From: the human T2T-CHM13v2.0 reference genome, Homo sapiens
Direction: 5' to 3' (one strand)
Assembly: GCF_009914755.1 (NCBI RefSeq)
Contig: NC_060938.1
Length of the DNA: 64,000 nucleotides
Below the pieces are notes generated by a model. It worked only from the letters and a program-made list of their open reading frames with translations. It had not been told where the DNA came from and made no database searches. Every line of letters starts with the position of its first letter. Position 1 is the stretch's first letter. Positions 1 to 12,652 of the stretch are shown piece after piece. The position numbers and the translations under genes were made by a program.

Positions 1-276
1 CTGGCAAAGCTCTGGCCCCTCCCCTTGCTGCAGCCAGACACTCGTATGAGGAAAGTTCTGCTGCTAAGACAAGTTCGGCAACCACTTATAGTAGAATGTT
101 GAATGGGAACTCTTCTGGTACTTTCAAATTGTGCCTAAAGCCCTAAAACTAAGGGTACCAGGTCCTAAGTCTGCCCGCCCCTGCCACCTTACAAAGGGAG
201 AACCCAGACCCTCCCTGGCCATCAGCAGGTCTAACAGGTCCTTTCTCCATCATTTGATGGGAACTTTTTGGACAGG

Positions 277-447
277 GCAGTGGTTCCTAACCCTGGCTGC
301 CTTCCGCAATCACCTCAGGTGCTTTCAAAAGAAACATTCTCAGGCTCCATCTCAAGATGCTGAGTTAACTGGCCCCGGGGGTCGGCACATTGGTATCTCT
401 TACTGAGCATTTCATGGGATCTAATGTTCAGCAGGAGTTGAGAATCC
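277..447. mobile_element. MER5-like hAT-Charlie MITE
   Basis: cagtggttcctaacc...ttgagaatccc termini and typical body. Confidence 0.65.
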
Positions 448-1239
448 CCCTCGTAAGGAGGCACAGCCTTGGGGAACTGCTGTGGTCTTTACCTCCCTGC
501 ACCTCCCTGTGGAGACCTGGGGATGCCTGGCCCCTGCCCAAGTCAAGGGAGGGGCCTCCAATGGTGCCACTCACTGTATGACATACAGGTGCCCACGAGA
601 AGGGGAAGCTGACCTGCCATTCCCTGGCTGGGCATCTCCTTATGCTAGACCTTGCTGATCTGCCCTTTTGCCTGTTGGGGCAGAAGAAAGAGAGGGCAGG
701 ACAGATTGGGGCAGCAGCGGGCGGCCTCCCATTGCCAGGTGGGGCAAGAATGGGTGGGTCTCCTCCGTGCCAAGTGAGCACCAAGGAAGGCAGCCTCACT
801 GGAGCCATCTGGCCAGGACCCGGTCCCAAAGACCTGACTGCTAAACACCTTTCAGCAAGAGGTAGGAAGGCCCCCAAGCAGCTGGATGCCTGAAGCACCA
901 AGGACATCTTCAGCCAGGAGGTCAGAAAAGGTTCTTTTTCTGCTCCCTCCTCCCTGCCCCAACAGCTGAAGACAGAGGTCCAGAAGAGTGCTGGGGAGGA
1001 GAGGGAAGGAGCCAGGAGAGAGCAGACCATGTTCTCCTCCCTGGTCTGAATCCTTTAGACTATGGGGCAAACCCGAAACAGAGGATGGAGGATGGGAGGA
1101 TGTGGGCCCCATGTTGGACATCAGATCGAAGCTTTAAACTGAAACAACTGGGCAGACTTTTTATCCACTGAAAGTGACCAGGGTCTGCCTGAGGTGGCCT
1201 TAGGAATGGGAAGGGGGGCTCAATGGAGACGTTGGAAGG

Positions 1240-1382
1240 CAGTGGTTGCAAGAAAGATAAAACTGGTCATGTTTGTATCTCATCAAATTAGGACTGTTCA
1301 GTAAACAGGTTACATGGTAGGGATCCAGTAAGATTTCATTTAAAGAAAGGGTTATGTGGCTGGGAAAGTTTGGAAACCACTG
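1240..1382. mobile_element. hAT-Charlie-type MITE
   Basis: Terminal inverted repeats cagtggtt / aaccactg. Confidence 0.5.
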
Positions 1383-1458
1383 ACTTAGTCTAATGCTTTC
1401 GATCTATAATGAGAAAACCAGTGCTCAGAGAGGTCAAGTGACTTGCCCAAGGTTATAC

Positions 1459-2554
<1,096 letters not shown>

Positions 2555-5080
2555 ACAAAGCTAATAGGTATAGGAGGCAGTTCGGAATATGCACTCCCAA
2601 AATGGACAGACCTGAGCTTTTATCCCATCTTTATGGTGTTCATCTTTTCCCACCTTAGCGCCCCTGAGGGTTGTGGCCAGGCCACTCCTCTCTATGCATC
2701 TGGCAGCCTTTGGACCCTAGAGTGTCTGCAATGAGCCAGCATTGGCCACAAGGATCTGGAGGCCCCAAAGCCCTGCCTGGATCACCGTAGCAGGGAGGAA
2801 GAGCAGGAGAGGCAGGGATGGGACTGGAAGCCTGGGCTTGGGGTCTTTCTGTGGATCCTGCGCTCTGACTTGGGTATACATCTGGGGAGGCCCTGCTTTT
2901 CCTCCAAGAGGGGCGGGAGTAGGTTCCAGAGGAGGGGACATGGGCTGCACTGCTGCTCCTGCTACCATCAGTGCTCTCCCTGCCCTTGGGTCTCAGAGAA
3001 GCAGCCATGGCAGATATAGGGAGGGAAGCTTGCCAGACCCTCTCAGCCATGTTTGCCCCTCTTACCCAGCCTCTGCTCTCCTGGGATTGGTTTTACTAGA
3101 GACCTCCATGTCTACATTTTCTTCCTATACTTCCATTCCATTTTCCTTCCTTTAGAAAACTGTCCTCTGAAAATAGAGATGGATTTTGCCAGGACTGACT
3201 CCCAACTTAATCCCACCTTTCTTCTGTTTCCTCTTAATGGGTGCCTGGCCCACATTCCTTGGCAGGGACATTCAGAGGCTATGCCAGTGCGATCAAAAAT
3301 TATGTGGCCAGGTCACAGGTTGGCTTTGGAAAATGGGGGTTTTCCAATGTATGCAAAGATTTCTTTGGCGTTCCTGACTGCTCCTGTAGAGACAATTTAA
3401 AATGCATCTTGTACTCTCCACCCTGAAGGCCAAGGCCAAGAATGAGGGTGAGAGATGAAGGAACTGGGCTTTGGCAGGGCTTCCCTTCCTCTCTGGGAGG
3501 GGGGAGCGGACACAGGTGAGAAAGGTGAGGTGTAATGAAGGTGGGTACAGGAGAGGGGGAAGGGGCTTTGGGGACAATCCTTTCTTCCCCTCCTCAGCTC
3601 CCAGGAGGCTGGCCAACTCCCTGGAGGGGGACAAGGAGGAAGAACCAAGAGGCACTGGGGTGAGGGAGTAAGGAGGACAGGGATTTCTAGAAGGCCCTGT
3701 GAGCAGAGACACCGATGAGCTCTCAGACGGAGCTGGCCCCTTCCCTCAGCCCTCTTCCTGCTCTCCCATCCAGGACCAACAGCAGAGGGCCTCCTGAGAA
3801 GCCCACCCCTTCCCAGGTGTTGGGTCAGACAGGCCTGGAGTGAGAGTCCCTGGAATTCCATCTGGGGGAAGGGAGAGAACCTTCCTGACTCAGTTAGTGG
3901 GAGTGAGCCCATGACCTACTTCACAGGTGGTTTGCAGCCTTTTAAAGTGAGATCATGTCTGTAAATGTTGGCTTTCTTATGATCCTTCACCCCTCCCTAT
4001 CCACCCCTGCCTCCCTGGGGCTTTGCCGAGCAATTATTGTGGCCAGTGTCCTGTGGGGCTGGTGTAAGGATCTCAAAAACCCTCTTGTTCCTGGAGTAGC
4101 AGATGCTCAGGACTGAGAAATGGGGAATGGGAATCTCAGCCACTGGCAGGCAAGGCCTCAGCCCCTCCTTTCTCGGCCAGTTTCAGTTGGAACATTCTGA
4201 GGCTTGAGACAGGAAGGGAGAAGCCATGTGAACAGGTAAGCAGTGCAGGAGGGCCTGAGGCCCCACCCCTTTAGGGTAGTGCAGAAGTGGCCTGAGGCCC
4301 TGCCTCAAGGCTTGGAGTGGGGCACTGAGGTGGAGGGGCCCCAGAAGCCAAAGGCAGAGGCCCCAGGTCCGGCCAAAGACAACGGCGTGCTGCTGAGTGG
4401 AGGGCTCTGGTAATTCACAAGTGGATTTTACAAACAGCTCACAACTTTGTCAAGAAAAGACTTCGAGGAAGATTGTGTCTAGATATATATCCAAGAGGTC
4501 AAATCCTTTTCTGAAGCAGAACCATTTTTTAAATAGTTACTCTTGGGGTTCCCATCTGCCCAGGGAAAGTGCACAAACAGCAGAGAGCAAGCTGGAGGGA
4601 TGGCCAGATGCTGCTGGCAGGCTCCTTGCTCACGGGGGAGGAGGGGTGTGGGAGCCTGACACAGCCCTGCAAGTATGTGAGTGTGTATGTGTATGTAAAG
4701 ATCTTTTGCAATTCATAAGAGATAAGGAATTTCTCTGGGGCCTTTTATTTCTAGCCATGCCTCTGGGAGGGGTATGTAGGTAGAATCAACAATGGGGGCC
4801 TTATCAGGGAAGGGGGTGGGGGAGGCTGGAGATGGGGTAGATGAAGCTGATGTGAGAAAAGAGATTCTCAGAATTCTAGAGCTGGAAAGAGGCCTTGGGG
4901 TCATGGGACTCAGCCTCTCCTATCTCAGATGAGAAAACTGGGTTCCGGAAAAGCTCAGTGACGGGCTGAGATTAGAGCACACAGCAAGTCAGTAGCAGAG
5001 CTGAGGCAAGAATCCATGGCCCTGCTTCCTATCCACACAATGCCTCTGAAATCGGAAAGGGCACCACAGGTGGTGTGGGA

Positions 5081-5129
5081 AGGCAGGGAGCCAAGTAGCT
5101 AGGCAGGGAGCCAAGTAGCTGGGCAGGGA
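5081..5129. repeat. 20-bp tandem duplication aggcagggagccaagtagct x2 plus a partial copy
   Basis: Seen directly. Confidence 0.95.
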
Positions 5130-8100
5130 CCCACCCATGACCCCCTGGCTGCGAACCTGCAGTGGGAGGCCTGTGGCCCTGTTGGATCAGTCCTGCCTCT
5201 TTCTAGGCCAGATCCATCAAGGACCTCCCAGCTCACCAGCTGAACCATCCACCCATGCCAACCGTGGGCCCTGGGTCAGGCTAGCAGCATGGTTTGGCAG
5301 GAGGACCCACCTCCCCTGAGCCTCAAGGCTAATAAGAGGGGATGAGGGGAGGCTGCCCCCCTGTAAGCAGGCCATGGTCTGAGGTGGGGACTGCCTTACC
5401 CGACAGGAGGCGAGATCTATGGACAGAGAGCACCAGGAGGGGCGATGCTGGCTACTCATGTGGCTGAGATGTGACTAAGGGACCGGCAGGTTCTGCCCAA
5501 AGGCAGCATATGGAGGAGCTGATCTGAGGTTCCCTTCCACCTTTGTGCTGTAAGGCAGGGGCTGCTGCTGGAGTCCTCAGGTCATCAGGAAGATGCAGAT
5601 TCCACCTGTACCACTGAGGGCTGCCACCCACCGGAGCAGGGGACACTCTGAAGGAAGAGAGTCCCGCTGCTTGGAAGAAATTCTGGGTGTCCAGTTGCGG
5701 GCAGCAAGGGAGTCTAGACCATAAATGGAGGTGAAGGAGAATTGCAGAGTGGGCTGAATAAGGGAAGGCACTGCCTTTAGTCCTCTGGTTTGGGGAAGAG
5801 GCAGGGGGAGGTGTCTGAGGAGCTGTGTGTACTGGCTGTGGGATCATGACATCAGAGGAGGGCAGGGGACAAGCAGCATTGGTTGCTGGTTGACAGGGAT
5901 CAGTGGAGAAGAGGGCACAGCCCTTTTGGGGTCTCACAGGATTGTAGTCAAACCAACAGGGAGAGGCCACAGGCTCCCAATGGGTGCGGGATGGCCATCT
6001 CTGGGTCTTTGCAGTCTTGCAAAGTCAAGCAGGAGTCTGTGTAAGCTTGACTTTTTAGGGTCCTGCCTTGCTAGGAAACTGGCTTGGGTGGGGGAGGCAG
6101 GGGTTGGGGTCTTCACAGAGGATGTGCACAACAGGCCAGGGACATGGCCAGGTGGGTAAATGTCTTCTCCGGGCCAAAGGAGGTGAAGGTGTATGTCCAG
6201 GCTCAACCAGCAGGTGGCGCGGGGGACTGCACACAGACAACAAACTCCTCAGGCTCCCAGGAGAAACACAACCTGGCTCCGGACCACAGGGTGTTTCAGA
6301 GGTTCTGAAGATGCTCAGAGAACCCGGATGCATTTACAAGCAAAGAACACAGGCGACAAGGTCTTCTCTCTAAAGGTAACACCAGTGAGAACCAGGGCCT
6401 GAGGATGCACCCCAGAAACAGGCTGACTGCAGCAACGGGATGCATCGTGCCACAACTGAATTCATGTTAGAATTCACATGGAGGATGCTACTTTTAAGAG
6501 ATGAAGGACTGAGGTGGGGGATGGAGAAAAATGAAGGGACTTAAATGATCACCTACTCAGTGCCAGCTGCTCTACCTACATTGTCTCTTCCAATCCTCCC
6601 AGCCTCTCTGTAAGGCAGGTACTGTTATTACACCTGTGTTACAAATGAGGGAAACTGGGGGTCGTACAGAATGAGTGACCTGTCCATAGTCACACATTAG
6701 TGAGGAATGTTGAGGTCGCAGGTCTGTCTGGCACCAAACTCTGTGTTCTTACTAATTCTCCTGCAAGAGAGGAGACCTGTATCCTCACTCCAGAGGAAAG
6801 CACCTGCCCGATGGGGTTCACAGTCTAAATGAGATGATCCTGGCTTATGCAAAACACATGGCTGATTGACAGAGGCAGCATAATCATGCCAGAGCTGGAA
6901 GACGGGCTTGGGGCCAAACAAGACCCCCTGCTAGATGCCTTAGGCAACCAAAGAGTGCTGGTGACTGTGGGATGTGGGGAGCCAGCAGCCAAGAAGTGAC
7001 TCTGGCCGCCAAGAAGTGTTGCCCTCGCCCGGTGTCTGATATCTCAGCTCTTGTCCTTTGGGTGAGAAGGGCTGTCACTGGGTGGGTTGGAAAGGCTGTT
7101 CAGAAGACAGTTGTTTGCAAGAGAAGAAAAAGAAATGGTTTGTTGAGCTGAGGGCAGCCAAAGAGATGAAGAGATGGCAACTTAAGGTGGGCAGAGACAG
7201 ACGCCTTAAAGGAGAAAGCAGAAGCTGTTGCTGAACAGGGGGAAAGAGCCAGGGCGGGGAGCTGAGGCTGGGATACATGGTGAGGAGTCCCCTGGATTGC
7301 AGGCCAAGGGATGGGGAAAGGCTCTTATGAGAAGTGGGTTAGGGGAGCAGTCCAGTGCAACACTGCACCCCAGAGTCCAGATGTCTGTCTGAGATGGCAA
7401 CTGGGGGGCCTGGCCAAGATGACAGGTAGGGATGCAGGGCAGAAGGGCACCTGGTAAAGTGAATGGAGGGGAAGGGGAATGGCAGTGTGCAGGGGAGGAG
7501 AAACCTGGTCCACTGTCACCAGGGCGTGAGAAGAGAATGAGGCTTCCTCGGGAGCTGTCTTCACCATGCCCACCACCTGTGTGGCCTCTTCAGGTCCCTG
7601 CCCTGAAGGAGCTGCTGGCTGCTTAGTCGCTCAGTGGCCCTGAGCCAGCCACTCAGCATTTGAAAGATTAGAGAGAGTTAGAAGACACTGACTCCCCCAT
7701 CCAGATCTGCCACCCAGTGGTCACATCGTCCACTTCAAACCCATTTCTGAGATGCCTCCAATGTTAACTGAGTCTCATCCTGAGGCCATCAGTATCTAGG
7801 ATGTTCTGAAACACAGCTGGAAAGGAAGAACTTAGGAAGAGTCGTCAGAACAGAGGGGCCAGGAATATTAAATCTGACCACAGCAAGGAGAAAGGGACAT
7901 GCCCAGCAGCGGGCAGGTGTCCAGAAAGAGCCTACGGCAGGTTTCTCCAGGGAGCCAGGCGCAGTGCCAGAGTATAGGCAGACACACCCCTGCCACACTG
8001 ACTCAGGCATACTGGGTAGACAGGAACATGCCCAGGTTTTGGGGAAAACTGATGTTGTTTCCAGCTGGGTCTGCCTATTACCAACAAACATAGGATTTGC

Positions 8101-10868
8101 ATTCACTGCAAAATGTCTGAAAGAGTAGCAGGAGGAGAAGGAAAGACTGGGAGAGCTTGTTCAGGCGAGAAGAAACACAGCTGCTGTCTCCACACCCACA
8201 TCTCTTCCATCCAAGGACGTCAGAGCCCCACCACTGGCTGCTGATTAAAGCTCCTGGCTGCCTGCCAGGGAGGCTGCTGCTGGGGGAGGTGCTCAGGTTG
8301 CCAAGGGGCAGCAGCAGCTGGAGCCAGCCAGACACCGGCCAAGAGGTGGTCTTGGCTACAAGTCCAGTGCCTGCTCAGCGCCTCACGTTCGTAAGTGCTG
8401 GTTACTTCCCTGAAGCCACATAAACCTTTAATCCTATGGGAATGGAGACGCAAGGGACCTAGGAGTCTCAGCTCCTACGTTCAGCCCTAGCGAGATGCTC
8501 AGTCCCTTTCTCCAGGGCTGCTGGCTGCACAGGCAGTGCTGGAAGGCCACGCGGAAGAATGGCATCTGTGAGCTGCCCTTGGGGAAGAGAGCTTTCCCTG
8601 ACTTCCTGACGAGAAGGCTGATAACGAGGGGGCACCCAGCAGCTGCTTTCTGGAGTGACCTGGCATCCCAGGGTCCCGTCTGCACTACAGCCTGGATCTA
8701 GCCTTGGGGCTTGGAGGCAGGCAGGGTATGTTTATCCCACACAGTGAGCCCTAGCAAAGGTGATTAGGAGCACCAATCCCTTTCAGGGACGTCACACATG
8801 GCATCACCGCAGCCCTGCTGAGGGAGTTCTCAGAGCAGTTCACACTTCACTTCCCAAAACCAGAATCAGGCACAGTGGACAGGAAGATGCGCAGGGCTGT
8901 GCACTAGGGACCTTTAGCCTGGGGGGACTTGCAGCATCATCAACACCATTTCTTCTCCATGCAATCCACCTCCTTCTCTCCCAGGAGAAAACAGCCTCTC
9001 ACCACACATTACACTGGGGCTTCTGAGGCACCCAGAGCCTGGGAGGTGGGGGATGCTCAGCAGGACCCCCAAGTGCTTCCCAGGGCCACAGCCCCAGGTG
9101 AAGGGGAGATGCTTAGTCTGGAGCAGGTCTGCCTGCCCACTGCCGAGGGCTCCCTCGCAGACCTGGGCCTCCTTCAGGGCACTGTCCTTACCGTAGCAGA
9201 GGTGCAGCCCCACCTCTAGTCCCCCACAGGGACGAAGGCAAACACCCCAGCCCTTTACTACTTCTTTCCCATCTCCCGTCTCACACCAGTGGGTACCTGA
9301 GACCAGCCAGGTACCACAGCACTAAGCACCAGGCAAGAGGAAAGTGGTGAAAACCACCTCTCCCAGCCCCTCCCTGTAATTTGCTAAATTGCTGACATAC
9401 AGAAATGTTCCAGACTTTCCGTAATTCTCCAGAGAAGGCTTTATAAGAGCGCGGAGACTCAGGGGATTAGGTGGTTTTTATCTCAAATCACGCAGGAAGT
9501 TACCAACAGAATTAAGGACTAGAACCCAGATGTCCTGACTTCCCCTCCAGCAGTTTTGTCTTTCGTGAGTGAGGTCTTGTTTCTTCTGCCTGGCCTCCCA
9601 TGCACTTACCTGTATGAACGGATTGGCCTTTACCAGAACGTGCTCTAATGTAAAAAGGCAAGAGGTGAGGGAAGGCGGTGGGACCGTGCAGTGATGTGCT
9701 TGAGAAAGAGGCTGATGTGTGGGATGGCAGCTTCAGTCACCACGTGCACACACACGTGGGGAAGGGGAGGACTGGGGTGGGGTGCCACCCTGTGGTGTGC
9801 AGCTGTCCAGACAGGAGCAGGGGTGCCTGGTCCACTCCCATCAGTTCCCCCCAGCAGGAAGCCGACATGCACAGTGAGGGATTGTACATGAAGCAACACC
9901 GCATGGATCTATTCTGTAGGGCACCGACACCAGACCACACACAGAGGACCAGCAGGAGAGCCACCATCCCCCAGGACTATCCCCAAGGGGAGGCGCAGCC
10001 ATTGGCCATCCCTTCCTGGGAGAGGCCTGCGGTTCTGTGAAGGGGTAGTTCCAGGCAGGCTGGAAGGACCAGCCACTGGGCTTGCAAGGAGCCTTCTAGA
10101 GCCAGGTTGGGCTTTCCCGACAGGCTCTGTCCTCCTCTTTCTTGCATCGAAGGTGGATGGGGTATTAGGCCCTCCCTCTGAGGTTCGTGGATCCCCATGA
10201 GAACTTAACAAAAGGCTCAGAAGGGAGCAGCAGCAGGAAATCTGTGCGTGAGGCCTTGGGTCTGTGTTCGTTTGAGTCACCATCTGGTTTCTTTCCGGTA
10301 CCGGGCACAAGCCAGTCTTCCCATCTGCTGGAGTGGCTGGCTCTCCGGAAAGGGTCTCAAATGTGGGCTCACTTCTTCCCCCAAAGAGATCATCAGGTCC
10401 AAACAGGTTTTATTCCCCCCAACCCAGTGACATTCAGGTGTTGGCTGGAGGCGGCTCTGATGCACAAGTAATTACATTTGCACAGACACAGATGACACAG
10501 ACAGTGGATGGAGTCGCTCTGGTGCTCACAGAGGAGCCCGCACACCAGGACACCGCCACATGCAGACACACAGGGACGCATGGCAGAAGCAGGCGGGGGC
10601 AGGGTGCAGGGCCCTAGCCCGTGTCCGCAGTCTGTGCCGGCCCCCCAGAGTTCGCTCTCCTTCCGGCAGGGGCTGTTGCTGGGAAAAAGGGGCTGGGACA
10701 CAGTCCACCACAGACAGGGAGGCGACCCCACATGCGATGACGGGAGCTTCGGAGGGAACTTCTGGGAGAGACCCTTCAGCAGGAGCCCAGCAGTGCCCTC
10801 TGCTGGGCATGGTGGGCTGGTGCAGCTAGGAAAGGGAGGCCTCTGGCCAGGCTGGAGGCCACAGAGGA

Positions 10869-10907
10869 GTGTGTGCGTGTGTGTGTGTGTGTGCGCGCGC
10901 GCGCGCG
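10869..10907. repeat. (GT)n(GC)7 alternating purine-pyrimidine microsatellite
   Basis: Seen directly, 39 bp. Confidence 0.95.
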
Positions 10908-11654
10908 GGTGGTGGATGGGGGTGGGTGGGGAGGGCATCTGTCTCTCTCAGAGGGTGAGAAGGGCTGAAAAAGGGAGGCCTCACTATCTGTATATGTTTC
11001 TGGGTGTGACTGGTGTACCAGAAACTTCCATGTGGAATGCCAGTCTTCCTAACCTCACCCCCAGGTTCAGGCGGGCTCACGGGACACCTGGAGAGGTGGG
11101 CTGCAGGAAGGATCTGTGGCTCCCTTGGCCCCCAGTGCAGCCTGCCACAGCGGGGACATGCAGGGGGAAGCCGTGCAAGCCGTGTGCTGAATTCTTGCTT
11201 TCTTCTCGGTCAGCTGCTCCCCAGAGCAGCTCCCTAAGCCTGGGTGACAGCCTCCCAGGCTCCCTGCACAGACCCCATGGAGTCCTAAGGGGCCTGCTCC
11301 AGGTAAGGTCCTGAGGCGCATGCCCTAGGCCTCTGGCAGCTGCTGTCTTGGGCTCTCCCTGTCCCTTGAGCCAGGCCTCTGGCTCATCCTCCTTTCCGAC
11401 AAGTTGGGGGGCTGACCTCTGTTACTCAAAGCCCTGGGATTCTCCTCAATTTTGCAGGCTTCCTTCAAGTCTGTTCTTGCCCCAGAACCAGCTCCATATC
11501 CAGACTCACTGACCCACAGGCCTCAGGCCAGATCGGTGGAAAGAGGAGAGGGCTCTGCATAGGGGGAAAGAATCGCCTACAAGGATGGGCACCCCCACTT
11601 CACCACTGAAGATGCCTGTGGTGGGGCAGGTGGGATGGGACAGCTGAGTGATTG

Positions 11655-12172
11655 GGGTGTGTGTGTGTGTGAGTGTGTGTGTGTGTGGGGGTGTGGTGTG
11701 TGCACATGTATGTGTGTGTGTGTGTGGAGGTTGCGGTGTGTGCATGTGTGTGTGTGTGGGGGTGTGGTGTGTATGAGTGTGTATGTGTGTGGGTGTGAGT
11801 GTGTGGATGTGTGTGTATGGGGTGTGGTGTGTGCATGTGGATGGGTGTGGTGTGTGCATATTTGTGTGTGCATATGTGTGTATGTGGGTGTGTGGGTGTG
11901 CGTGAGGTGTGTATGGGGGGTGTGGTCTGTATGAGTATGCGTGTGTGGGTGTGTGTGGATGTGTGTATGGGGATGTGGTGTGGGTGCATGTGGGTGGGTG
12001 TGGTGTGTTTGTGTGTATGTGTATGTGTGTGTGTATGTGTATGTGGGTGTGTGGTTGTGCGTGAGGTGTCTGTATATATGGGGGTGTGTGGTGTGTGTGC
12101 ATGTGGGTGTGTATTTGTGTGTGCATGCATGTGTGTGTGGGCATGTGCCTGTGTGTAGGTGTGGGTGCAGGG
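11655..12172. repeat. About 520-bp compound (TG)n/(TGG)/(TATG) repeat; CA-rich on the SPTB transcript
   Basis: Seen directly. Confidence 0.97.
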
Positions 12173-12264
12173 GGTGAGTACTGCCTAGAGGAAGGAGTTG
12201 GAAAATGGGGAAAAGGACGGTGTACAGAAATGCACTAATCATCTCTGGCTAGTGTTTCCCCTCA

Positions 12265-12507
12265 TGTAAATGGTGATATATTTATACAATAAAATTTATT
12301 ACATTAGGTAAAACAAAACTAATAACGTCATGTCACTGGGCTGGCCTGTTTCCTCTGCGCTGTGGGGAGGAGTGGAGGAGGCTAGTACTCTCATGAAGAA
12401 CACCTCAGTGAGGACGTAGCCTGCTCTGCTGGGAGGTGGCTGCAGGGATGTGGGGAGGATGGAGGGCGGGGCTGCGCCAGCTCATCTCGCCTCCACCTGG
12501 GCTGAGC
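12265..12507 (-). other. SPTB: 3' UTR of the erythroid SPTB isoform (3' end approximate)
   Basis: Lies between the stop codon and the AATAAA at 12295-12300. Confidence 0.75.
12295..12300 (-). terminator. Poly(A) signal AATAAA of the erythroid isoform
   Basis: tttatt on +; first AATAAA after the stop, overlapped by an upstream UGUA. Confidence 0.85.
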
Positions 12508-12652
12508 CTAGTAGGGGTGAGAGGGCTCTGGCTGCAGTGACTCCCAGGAACTAGACAAACGAGACCAGAGACTGACCGGGGACGTTCTCTCGGTGGCCGC
12601 ATGGTGGGAAACTGGAGCCTCCCCTGCTGTCTCGCCTTCCTCCTCTTGAGGC
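12508..12652 (-). CDS. SPTB: SPTB exon 32, erythroid terminal coding part (PQEEEGETAG...ERTSPVSLWSRLSSSWESLQPEPSHPY*)
   Basis: 145 bp to the TAG; recognised Ser/Thr-rich erythroid C-terminus. Confidence 0.97.
12571..12579 (-). promoter_or_regulatory. SPTB: Internal 5' splice site of exon 32 used by the long muscle/brain (PH-domain) isoform
   Basis: CCG|GTCAGT directly after ...ERTSP, the known isoform divergence point; gives a 76-nt exon 12577..12652. Confidence 0.9.

Noticed and set aside
5081-5129. Short tandem duplications (also 61117-61152) as possible arrays
   Set aside because: Two-copy slippage events without spacers; no CRISPR-like or other array structure
10773-10825. 53-nt exon candidate that would put the 35- and 17-nt candidates in frame after exon 32 (105 nt in total)
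   Set aside because: Acceptor is fair but the donor AGG|GTCTCT is very poor; the frame fit could easily be chance
10508-11314. 268-aa + strand ORF
   Set aside because: GC-rich intron crossing a microsatellite; no recognisable domain
11506-12242. His/Thr/Pro-rich and Val/Cys-rich ORFs (also 44725..45209)
   Set aside because: Translations of simple TG/CA repeats
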